A DNA stretch of 64,000 nucleotides from Cyanophora paradoxa CCMP329. Taxonomy: Eukaryota > Plantae > Glaucophyta. Under the pieces are notes generated by a model. That model saw only the letters and a list, made by a program, of their open reading frames with translations, was not told the DNA's origin and ran no database searches. Location of the stretch: NCBI GenBank assembly GCA_004431415.1, contig QPMI01000651.1:62001-126000 (forward strand). Reading direction: 5' to 3'. Position numbers and translations under genes: made by a program. This document shows positions 23,563 to 34,399 of this stretch, one piece after another. How positions within the stretch are numbered: the first letter of the stretch is position 1; every line of letters starts with the position of its first letter.

Positions 23563-26106
23563 ATGACCGCGCCTTCGCCAATCCACGTGTCGGCGCAACC
23601 GCCGGCGGTGGCCGCGGCCGCTGCTTCCGCGGTGGCGGCCGCGGACGGCGGCAAGATCGCTGAGAGAGCGCTGCAGGTACGGTTAGAGACGCGCTTGCTT
23701 GGTCCGCCTCGCCGTGCGCGCGAGCGGTTGCTGACGTGCACATGCATGCACATGTACAGCCGCGCGGGCAGCCGGCGAAGGCGCCGGTCGCGGCGCGCGG
23801 CTTCCCCCACGACGCGGTCGTGACCAACAACCTCGATCTCTTCGTCATCGGTACGACGCCGCCGCCGCCGCGCGCCGCCGCCGCCGCACTTGCATGCATG
23901 CGCATATGACCGCACGTGCGCGCGCGCGCGCCGCGGGCCGCTTGGCCGGCATGCGCAGGCAACTGCCAGGTTGCGGCGCTCATCGACGCCCACGGGCGCT
24001 ACGTGTGGATGTGCCTCCCGTCCTTCGACGGTGCGCACTGCTCGGACGCCGGCCCCGCATGCGCCGCGGCCGGCCGGCGAGCTCGAGCGGGCGGCCGCGG
24101 GCGGCAGGCGATCCGGTCTTCAACTGCCTCGTCAACGGCGGCCTCCCGGAGCCGATGAAGGGCCAGCGGCCCCGCCCCGAGCCCCGCGCCGGGCCCCCGC
24201 CGCCCCCGGCCCCGGGCCCCGCCGCCGGCTTCTTCGACGTCTGCGTCCAGGACCTCGCCGCCACCGAGCAGGGGTACCCCCGCCCGCCCCCGCCCCGCCC
24301 CCGCCGCCCCGTGTCGCACCCCCCAACACCCGCGGCCCAGGTACCTCCCCAACACCGCGATCCTGCGGACCGTCTTCCGCGACGCGCACGGCGCCCAGCT
24401 CGAGGGTGCGGCCCCTGTACCCCGCCTCTCTGGGCCGTCCGGTTGATTGCGTACTCCAGTCCTCGACTTCGCTCCCCGATTCTCGCACTACGGGCGCACG
24501 TTCCGGCCCCAGCAGGTGGCCCTGTACCCCGCCCGGCGATCCAGCACCTCCCCGGCCGCCTCTCTCACCTCCCCCCCCCCTCCCCCCCCACCAGGTTGTT
24601 CGCATCCTGCGGCCGCTGACCTCAAAGCCCTGCCGCATCGTCGTCCGCCTCCGCCCCGTGTGCCCCGACCCCCCGCCCTCGCCCCCGTACGCCCCGCCCT
24701 CACGCGCCCCCCCCGCAGACCTTCGACTACGGTGCCACAGCCCCCGTCCGCGTCGCGTGCGCCCGTACCCCCCCCCCCCCGCCCCCTCCTCCCCCCCCCC
24801 GACCCTCCCCCCAGGGGGAGCAACCACGTGCGCTTCATGCACGCGGACACGAGCAAGAACCTCCGCGCCACCGTGGAGGTCCGTACCCCCTTAGTCTTTC
24901 CTCCTCGTACCCCTCCGACTTCGTCCGCCAGGGCGTGGCGTCGCGGCTGCTGATGGACGAGGTGCCCTTCCTCTGCGTCGAGCCCGCCACCCTCGTCCTC
25001 GGGCCCGACGAGGCGCGTACCCCCCTCCCTTGTCCCCCCCCCGCACCCCTGGAGCTTCTGCTTCCTGAGCCCCGCGGCAGCCGCTGAGCAAGGCTCCGCG
25101 GGAGATCGGGCGCGAGTTCCTCGAGGAGACACGCCTGTACTGGCGCGAGCACGTCCGTGTACCCCCCTCAGCTCGCCCCAGTAACCCCCTCCCCCCGACC
25201 CCGCGCCCTGCGCCCGCGCGCGCCGCAGTACTCCCGCTTCCTCTCCATTCCCCTCGAGTGGCAGGACGCGGTACCCCTCCCCTTGACCGCTCTTCACCGT
25301 TCTATCGGCTCCCTCCAACGTCCCGGGGGTACAGGTGATCCGGTCGGCGATCACGCTGAAACTCTGCTGTTACGAAGCCACCGGCGCCGTCGTCGGTCCG
25401 TTTGCTCCGCCTTTCCAGTACCCATCCCTCTAATCCCCCCCCCCCCCCACACACACACACACCCCAAAACCAGCGGCGCACACGACGTCGATTCCCGAGG
25501 CGGGCGATTTGGCCGGCCGCTGCTGGTCCGTAACCGGTACCCCCGCGCCCTCCTCCCCACCCTGGCCCGATCCGGTACCCCCCCCCCTCCAGGGACTACC
25601 GCTTCAACTGGCTCCGCGACTCGTTCTTCACCGTCACGGCCCTCTCCCGCCTCGTGCGTACCCCTGCCTCGGAGCTCAGGTGCCTGTTCGGGTCCGATCC
25701 CGTACCCCCCACCCAGGGCGACACGAAGACGATGGAGGACTACCTCCGCTACATCACGAACCTCGTCGCCGGTTCGAGCCCCGGGCAGGCGTTTTCGGCC
25801 GGCCGTGCAGGGGTACCGATCGGTTTTCGGCGCAGCGTCAGAGGACGGGTACCTGCAGCCGCTCTACGGGCTCGGGCTCGAGTCCGGCTCGGCCCTCGAC
25901 GAGAAAATCTGTACCTCCCTCGTCGGTGCGTGAACCCCCGAGCACAAAGCGGAGTAGGTCTGTCTGAGGCGGGGCAGGGTACCGCGGCCAGGGCCCCGTC
26001 CGCATCGGCAACGCCGCCTACACCCAGGTACCCCCGTCGCTTCTTGTACCCGTCGCCTCTCATCCCCCCCCCCCTCTCCAGGTCCAGAACGACGTCTACG
26101 GCGCTG

Positions 26107-26142
<36 letters not shown>

Positions 26143-27862
26143 TTAAGCCCCGGCCCAGCCCCCTCCGTCGCCGCCGCTCCGTGCTGTGCCCCCGGCCGCT
26201 GCGCCGACGCCTGCTGCCCGCGGCAGTGGTGCTGGCGTGTACCCAGGCATTCTTCGACGCACGCCTCTCCAAGCGCGCCCCCCCGCTTCCCCCCCCCCCT
26301 TCCTTCTGAGGCCGTACCCCAGGCCCGGGGACCGCGACCTATTCGAGTCGCTCGAGCGCCTCGGCGAGCAGGTCTGCGGCCCGTACCCCCGCCCTTCCTC
26401 GCGACTGAGCCCCGGGCAGGCCGCCGCCCGCTTCAACGTGCCCGACGCCGGTACCCGCTCGGTCCTCCGACCTCAAAAAGTTGTTTAGCTGCCTCCTGAC
26501 TTGGGCTTAGGGATCTGGGAGTTCCGGGCGGCGGAGCAGCCTGTGCACACCTTCTCGGCGGCGATGTGCTGGGCCGCCTGCGACCGGCTCGCCCTCGTCG
26601 CCCGCCGCCTCCAGGCGCGCCCGCCGCGCGCCCCCGCCCCCGCGCCCGCGCCCGCGCCCATCGCCCTCGGCGAGCGCCTGAGGCCGGGCGGGGGGGCAGC
26701 TGGAGGAGCGCGCGGAGGCGTGGCGCAAGCGCGCCGACGCCATCAAGGCCGAGATCGAGGTACCCCCCGGGCCCTCCCCCTCGCCCCGAGCGCACCCCAC
26801 GGCCGGGCAGGCGCGGGCGTACGACGCGGAGCGGAACTGCTTCGTGGAGGCCTTCGGGGGGCGTGAGCTCGACGCCTCCCTCCTCCTCCTCACCGTGCGC
26901 GGCCCCAGCCCGAGGGGCGGCGCCCCGGCCCCCGGCCCCCGGCCCTCCACTCTGGCGGACGGGCGCGGCCCTCACTCGCGCAGGAGCTGAAGTTCGTGTC
27001 GGGTGCGGACCCGCGCTTCGTCGGGACGGTCGAGGCCATCGGGCGCGAGCTCCGCTCCGGCGACCACGTCTTCCGGTGCGCCCGCCTTGCCTCGAATCCT
27101 GCAGCCTAAGAAGCCCAAGAGGCCTCTGAGAGGAGCCCGTGCTCGGGTCTCGTGTGGGGTCGCCCTGCCCTGCAGCCGCCCCCGCGGTCTGCAGCCGGGC
27201 CTGACACGCCGGCGGCGCGGGGCGCAGGTACAAGTTCAAGGACGACTTCGGTTTTCCCGTGCGCCTTTCTACCCCTCCCACCCAGCCATCCCCCCGGGCG
27301 CCCCCCCCCCCCCCCCCACTCCGCGCCGGCCGGACGGAAGGGGGCGGCGGGGCCCCTCCCTGCAGGAGAACGCGTTCACGATCTGCACCTTCTGGTACAT
27401 CCTCGCCCTCGAGGCCATCGGCAGGCGAGCGCTCCCGGCCCGGGGCCCCCGCCCGGAGCCGTAGAGTCCCCTCCGCCTGCCTCGTTTCAGGCTTCGCTGA
27501 CTGGCGGGGCTTTGGGGGACGTTGACAGGCGCGACGAGGCGCGGGGTCTCTTCGAGGCGCGCCGTGCCGGCCTCCCACCTCCCCTCCCCCCCGCGCCCTC
27601 GCCGAGCGCCCCTCGCTGATCATGAGCAGGGCCTGCTGGCGTGCGCGAACGCGGCGGGGATCTTCTCGGAGGACATCTGTTGCGAGACCCGCGAGATGTG
27701 GGGCAACTACCCCCAGGCCCGCGCCCCCCGCCCCCACCCCGTCCGGCCCCTCCCGGCGCAGCTGACTCCGGAGTGGGGCGGGGCGCCGCGCAGTCGTACT
27801 CGGCGGTGGGGGTCATCCTGTGCGCCATGCGCCTCTCGGCGAGCTGGGACACCGTCCTGTAG
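23563..27862 (+). CDS. Glycoside hydrolase family 15, trehalase/glucoamylase-like (proteobacterial-type); multi-exon
   Basis: Spliced motifs: LDLFVIGNCQVAALID..WMCLPSFDGDPVF, YLPNTAILRT, DFAPRF, RSAITLKL, TTSIPE, DYRFNWLRDS, LQPLYG, GYRGQGPVRIGNAAY.QVQNDVYG, IWEFR (acid Glu), HTFSAAMCWAA, LDASLLL, DPRFVGT, FTICTFW, GIFSED (base Glu), WGNYPQSYS. Confidence 0.93.
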
Positions 27863-28021
27863 CCCGCAGACGCGCCCGCGAGGCCGACGTCGACGGGCAC
27901 CCATCGGAGCTCGAGCACGCGCGGCCGGCTATAACCATCTCGTCACGATACATGCAGTCTCGTAAATAAATAAATAAAGAGAAAGAGAATAATATAAGGT
28001 AAAAATAGAGAAAGAGAATAA

Positions 28022-28540
28022 TGTGGTGCCTGGGAGCGGGCGCCGTCGACGAGGAGGCGCTCGAGGGCAGAGCCCTTGTCCGCCCCCGACGCCCGCGCCT
28101 GCGCGAGAGGGAGCCGCGGCTTCGGCTGCAGGCTGCAGAGCGAGGAGAGGGGGAGGCATGGGCGGGGCGGGGCGGGCCTCGAGGATCTTGGCGCCCGGGA
28201 TGGTGTCGAAGTGCTGGTTGCGGTTCATCGCGTTCAGCGTGTGCAGCAGCTGCGCGGCGCCGCCCCTCAGGGACGCAGTGCCGGGCGGGGCGGGGGCGGG
28301 TGCGGGCCTCGCGGGCGGTCCAGGCGGCGAAGGCGGGGTCCGCGGCCGAGCGGTAGTGCCACACGATCGCCGACTCCTGCGCGGTCGCAGCGTCAGAGCG
28401 GGTCCGAGGGGACCGGCCGCGGGCGGGCGTAGGGCGGGGCGGGCCTTCTAGTTGACGAAGGGGCCCGGGATGAGGGCACCGTGCATCACCTACCGCACCT
28501 GCGGCTGCATGCGCCCCCGGGCCCGGGCTAAGGCACGAGC
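28022..28540 (-). pseudogene. Inverted, intron-containing fragment of the TPP domain of the TPS-TPP gene at ~50940-51435
   Basis: The reverse complement matches exons ESAIVWHYRSAADPAFAAWTARE / LLHTLNAMNRNQHFDTIPGAKILE / ARASGADKGSALERLLVDGA plus their introns. The upstream exon carries TAG stops (gtgcggTAGgtg; gtcaacTAGaag). Confidence 0.9.
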
Positions 28541-29063
28541 GTGCGGCGTGCGCGGACGCGCGCGGACGTGACGGCGCCGGCGGAGCCAGAGTTCCATGCG
28601 GCATGAGCGAGCCTTCTGCGCATTGATAGCACAGGCTAACTAGCATGCAGACAACGCAAGAGCGGACGACGCACGACGCTGCGGACGACACACGGCGCTG
28701 CGGACGACGCAGCTCGATGCGACGCTCCCGGCTAAGCGTTCGTGTTCCACTGCGGAGCTTCTAAGCGTTCTTGGTCCACTAGGCGTCAAAAGTGCTGCTT
28801 TTAAGTGCAGCACTCCGGGGTACTGCAAGCAAGTGTTCCGGGTACCAGAGCTCCGCTGGTGGAGCCAAGCAACCAGGTGCCGCCGAGGCGCCAGCTGTCG
28901 CCTTTTTTACACTAGAGAGCGAGGCGGACTCGCTAGCGAAAAGCGGGCTATCATGCAGCAGCGTTGACGCACGAGCCGTCCATTCTCGCTCTCATTTTGA
29001 AGCCAGGCAGGAAGCGAAGGCGCTAGGAGAGCTTGCTTTCTGGTAGGAGCGTAAAAGCGAGCG

Positions 29064-30022
29064 ATGGCAGACGAGCCCGTGGGCGAGGCTGTCGATGCAG
29101 CGGAGGTAAAATCTCCCATCCCGCGCGGTTGCGAACAACTCCGAAAGCCCGGAGATGGCAAAAAATTCGCGATAGTGCGCGTCTCGTCGCTCTCCGACCG
29201 ATGTTCCGGCGCGCAGCACCTCGAGGACGCCGGCGATGTGCAAGAGACGCTCGAGGACGCCGCGCCGTCCACGGAAGATGCCGCCCTGGCAGCAGAGGGC
29301 CAGGGCAGCTCCGCAGCAGAAGATGGCGCGGTTTCCCACGACGTGGGAGCCTCGGGCCCTTACGACGACGCTCCGATGAGCGAAGCCGCGCAAGGATCGC
29401 AGCCGGACGGCGGTGACATGGGCAGGCCAGCTGGCAGCGACACGCAGTCTCCGGCTCCGGTAGCAGCAGACGGTACTCTTGGCCCGGTTTTGACGGTGGT
29501 GCGCCCTGCGACCCATAGCGTAGCCCTAGCAGCGCACGCAGTAGCAGTTGCAGTTAGCAGCGGTCCCCCCGCCTTAGCGTTTCGCTTCCGGTGCGGCGAG
29601 CTGATTGCGGCGAGCCGGCTCAGCTGCGCGTGCAAGGCGTGAACGGCGCGACGGAAGCGGAGGTGAAGCGCATCTTCGAAGCCTACGGCCGCGTCGAGCG
29701 CGTCGAGCTGCCGACTCCGGACCTCGCCATCGTCCGCTTCCAGAAGCCGCGGCAGGCGCAGAAAGCGTTCGAGAAGGAGAATGGCAACCCTGTCCGCCGC
29801 AACGGCCCCGCGATGCGCATCGAGTTCGAGCGGGTGCGCCGGGCCGCCGCAGCCTGCAGGCAGCCGCCGCCGCCCCGCCGGCCGACGAGCCGCGCGGCAG
29901 CCCGACCGCAGCCGGCACCTCTGGGTGGGGAACCTCGCCCTGTCCGCCACCGAGGGCGAGCTGCGGCAGCTCTTCATGGAGTTCGGACCCTTGGCCGACA
30001 TCAAGGTCGACCGGGGCCCCGC

Positions 30023-30053
<31 letters not shown>

Positions 30054-33000
30054 TGACGCTTGCGCAGCTGACGCGGGCGGGGGAGCGGGCCTCGGCGTTC
30101 GTCGACTTCGGTGCTGCGGAGCACGCGGAGCGGGCGCTGCGGGAGCTCAACGGGAGGGATGTCCAGGGTCGCTCCATCCGCATCGAGTTCTCTACCAGCG
30201 GCGCCGCCCGGGTCCGCGCACGCAGCCCGCCCGTCGCGCGCGCCCCGCCCCGCGCGCGGCCGCTCAGACGCGCCGGGGCAGAGCCAAATGGCGGAGGACG
30301 ACCCGGGCGGCCAGGAGCACACCCGCCACCTCATCGTCCGCCCCGCCCCGCCCCGCCCGCCCGCGCCCGCCGCCCCGCGCACACGCACGGCGCTGACTTC
30401 TCCGCCCCTCCTGCAGGTCTCGAACCTTGCGCGGGGGGTGCAGGAGTGGGAGCTGGAGCGCGAGTTCCGAGTCTTCGGGGAGGTCATGGTGCGCCGAGGG
30501 GAGGCGGCGCCGGGCGCTCCCGCTGGGCCCGGCCGGGCTGACGGGGCGGGGCGGGGCGGGGGACAGCACACGGAGATCGTGCGGGGCGCGGCGGGCGAGG
30601 GCGGAGAGCCCGGGGAGGCCTCCCATGCCCTCGTCTCCTACCGCACCATCGCCCAGGTGGAGAGAGACGTCGCCCCGGGGCCGCCCCGTCCGAACCTGAG
30701 CGGGGCGGCGCAGGCGGTGAACGCGCGGACGAAGCTGCAGAACGTCAAGATCCAGGGCTCGCCCCTGCACATCAAGTTCGGCAAGGGCAAGCCCTGCCGC
30801 CACCTCTGGATCGGCAACGTCAACGCCTCGGTGCGCCCCTGCCTCCCCGCCCGCTCTCCTTTCCCCAATCTTCCGGACGGCCGCCTGACGCGCCCGAACA
30901 GATTACGGAGGCGTTCCTGCGGGAGGAGTTCGGGCGATTCGGCAAGGTCGAGAACATCGTGCGCCGCCGCGCCCCTCGCCGCCCCCTCTCCCTCCCTCCC
31001 TCACCCCCCGGCAGTCGATCAAGCACGCGACGTCGTGCGCGCTGCTCTCGCTCGAGCGGACGGAGGAGGGCGAGGCCGCCTTCGAGGCCCTCAACGGCAA
31101 GCCCCTCGGCGGCTCCATCATTAAGGTTTGTTTCTCGAGGGCGGAGGAGCGGCTGCCGGATCCATCTGATCTGATCTGATCTGACCTGCGAACCAGATCG
31201 ACTACTGCGAGCGCAACGAGCGCCGCCCGCCCGTCATGCGCGGCGGTGGCGGCGGCGGGCCGCCGCCCCCGCGCGGCGGGCCTCACCCGGGCGCCGGCCG
31301 CGGCGGCCGTGGCGGCTGGGAGCGCGACCGCCCCTTCGAGGGCGGGTGGGACCGGCCGGGCGGCCCGCCGCCCCGGCGGGGCCCGCCCCCGCCCCCGCTC
31401 CCGCCCCCGCCCCCCGCTGGCTCGCGGAGGAGGAGGAGGAGGAGGAGCTCCGCCGCGTGGTGCGCCGCGCCGCGCCGTACCCCCGCCCGCCTTCCCCCCC
31501 CCCCCCCCGTCTGATCCCCCCGGAGGTGTACGACATGCTGCTGGACCGCGGCCACGGCCGCTTCGCCGCCCTCCGCCTCCCCGAGGCACTCTCGGTCCGC
31601 CGTACCCCCCCTCCCTCCGCCCTCCCTTCCGCCCCGCCACGCGTGCCTCACGCGGGAGGCTCCTAGGAGCTGGCGCGGCGCACGATCCGGGACGGGAGCA
31701 GCGCCCTGCGGAGCCTCGATCGGCCACGCTACGGCGGCCTTGCCCGCTTCTGCTCCCGGTCCGCCCGGCCCGGCCCTGTACCCCCCAACGCCCGCCGCGC
31801 GCCGGGGCGCGGCTTAGCGTGCGGGGCGGGGCGGCAGGTTCCCGCACATGTTCCGGGTGCACCCGGAGGCCCCCGGGGGCGAGCTCATCATCGAGCTCGA
31901 GGCCGAGCGGCCCCCGCCCCGCGACCCGTACCCGTCCGCCCAGCCCCGCGCCCCCGCCCCCGCCCCGCTCCCCTCTGAGGCGCCCCCGCAGGCCCCGCGG
32001 CGAGCCGCCCGGTGCCTACTCGGCCTACTTCGGCGGGTACCCCCCGGCCCCCCCGCGGGAGTACGGCGGCGGCTTCCGCGACGGCCCGCCCCCGCCCCGT
32101 GACGCCCCGCCCCCGCCGCGCGCGGGGTACGGCCGCGGGCCGCCCCGCCCGCGTACCCCCGCCGCCCCGCGCGGACCCCTACCGGACGTCGCCCGTGCCC
32201 CTCCCGCCGCGGGGTACGGCCGCGGCCCGCCGCCCCCGGACCCCCGCGACATGCGCGGCGACCCCGGGGGCCCGACCCGCGGGGGTACGACCCGCGGGGC
32301 TACGACGCGCCCCCGCGCGGGGGGTACGATGCCCCTCCTCCGCGGGGCTACTACGACGACCGCGGCCCGCGGGACTGGGACCGCGGCGGCTTCGGCGGCC
32401 CCAAGCGTCCCGCGGTAAGCACCGTCGCGGCCCCGTACCCCTCCCCGCCTTGATCCCGCGTCCGCAGACGATCGCGACCCCGGGTACGACGCCCGCGGCC
32501 GGTGCGCGGCTCCCGTGCCGCCGCCCCTCCGCGCGCGCCGCCGCCGCTGACGGGCGCTCGGCGCAGGGGCCCCCCGATGCCGGATCCGCGGCGCTCGCCC
32601 CCGCGGCGGGAGCGCGCCCCTCCGCCGCCCGATCTCCGCGATCGCGACCGCGACCCCAAGCGCCGCCGCGAGGGTACCCCTCCCCGACGCCCCCGCCCCG
32701 CCCCGCCCCGACGCCCCTCCTCACGCGCCCCGCCTCAGATGAGCCCATGGCGGGCTCGGGCGGCCCCGCGGGGTATCGCAGCGAGCCGGCGAGGTGACCA
32801 GAGAGAGCCCCGCCCCACTTTTCCCGGTCCGCCTGAGTCTTGTCTTGCAGGGGGTACAGGGACGAGCGCGCCGGCGGGGCCCCGACCTCGCTCCTGAAGG
32901 GCGGGCGCCCCGTCGCCCCGGTCGAGATCGTACCCCTCCCCGGCGAGGGCGCCCTCCCCGCCGGCTCCGTCCCCCCCACCGTCGACGTCACCAACCGCGT

Positions 33001-33452
33001 ACCCTTCGACGCCATCCAGGTACCCCCGCTTCCAACGAAGCGATTTTTCTTCGCCTCTCTTGCTGAACCGTACCCCGCTAGCCGTACCTGAAGGCTGGCA
33101 TCCGCGCCCGCGTCGTCCTCTCCCCTGGTACCCCGGCCCGCCTCGCCGTACCCCCCTTCAGCGTGCCTGAGCCGGGGCGCAGGGGCGGGCGAGCAGGCGG
33201 CCGACGCCCTCGCCCTCTTCGCCGACTACTTCGTCAGCAAGGTGAAGAGCAGTACCCCCCGCCGCCTCGTCCTCCTCCCCCTCATTCCGTGACCCCGCTC
33301 CCCTCCCCCCTCCGCAGGAGCGCGTGGGGCTTGCGACGGTGGGGCAGACGACGCTGTACCTGGTCCCCTCGGGCCTGCCGGTCTCCTCGCAGGCGTTCGG
33401 CCCCGCCGCGCAGCAGCCCGGGAACGTCTTCGCCCTCCTCGTCCTCAACTGA
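29064..33452 (+). CDS. RNA-binding protein with 4 RRMs, RG/P-rich middle and C-terminal SPOC-like domain (FPA/SPEN/RBM15-like)
   Basis: RRMs: SRHLWVGNL..F..FG..SAFVDF..A..AL..LNG..IRIEF; TRHLIVSNL; PCRHLWIGNV..LREEFGRFG..IDY. C-terminus DVTNRVPF...FADYFVSKERVGLA...TLYLVP...VFALLV resembles SPOC. Stop TGA at 33450-33452. Confidence 0.8.
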
Positions 33453-34399
33453 GCGCCCGCAGCCGCCGCCGCCGCCCCCCGTAGCGCGTAGCGTCGTCGC
33501 CAGGAGCCGAGCCGTAGCTAGGAGCCTAGCAATTGCTAGGAGCCTAGCCGTAACTAGGCCCCCTCCGGCAGTGGGCGAGCTTGGCTCGGCCCGCGCGTCA
33601 GGCAGCAGCGGGGCCCGTGTTGTGCGATTTGTGCTCCTGACGATCTGCATAGCTGGTAGCTCAGCAGCGGCTGGCCGCGCCGCAGCCTGGCAGCTGGCGC
33701 GCGGGGCGGCAGCCCCGCCTGCGGACGGGACAGCTGATCATGAGCAGTGAGCGTTGCGAGCCGAGCGCGCGCAGCGGGGCCAGGTGCAGCGCTTGGATGC
33801 GAAGAGGGCGAGACGCGCGCAGCCTAGCAGCTCTCCCCGGGGAATCCCTGCCCGGCTCCCGATCTGGGCTGGGGCCCGATGTGAAGCTCGGAACGCCGCC
33901 TGAACCGAGCGGCGGCGGCGGCGGCGGCCTCGCTGCCTGGAGAGAAGAAGCCGACCGAGCAATGACGAGCATTCCCTGATCCAGCCATCGAGAACCTCTC
34001 CACTCCTCTGCTCCGCAGGGACTCGCTTGTTGCACTTCCGATTCGCTTCTAGATTTCCCGGTCCTGCTTCAATCCTTCAAAGGCTTAATCATAAGCTTCT
34101 GCACTTCAAGGCTTTCTCCCAGGCGAAGCAGTTCTTAGTCGCATATTAAGTGAGGGGGGTGCGGGGGGGCTTGTTCCCATGCCGGGCTGCTTGTTGATGA
34201 ATCGGACGGTGTTTGGGCTGCCGCAGTCCCATCAACTGCAAATTGCAGAAAGACGCGCTCCCGGGCTCCCGCGGCGCGCGTTGCAGGAAGAGTGGCGGTC
34301 TCGTTCGCGACATTAAATATTACCTACGGACTGCGCATGCACGAGTCACTGCATTTGTGCATTTTCAGTGACGTACTGCTCTAACTACAGGCAGGCCGG

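Noticed and set aside
33660-34040. Short ORFs between the RRM-SPOC and orphan genes
   Set aside because: No homology or clear splice structure.
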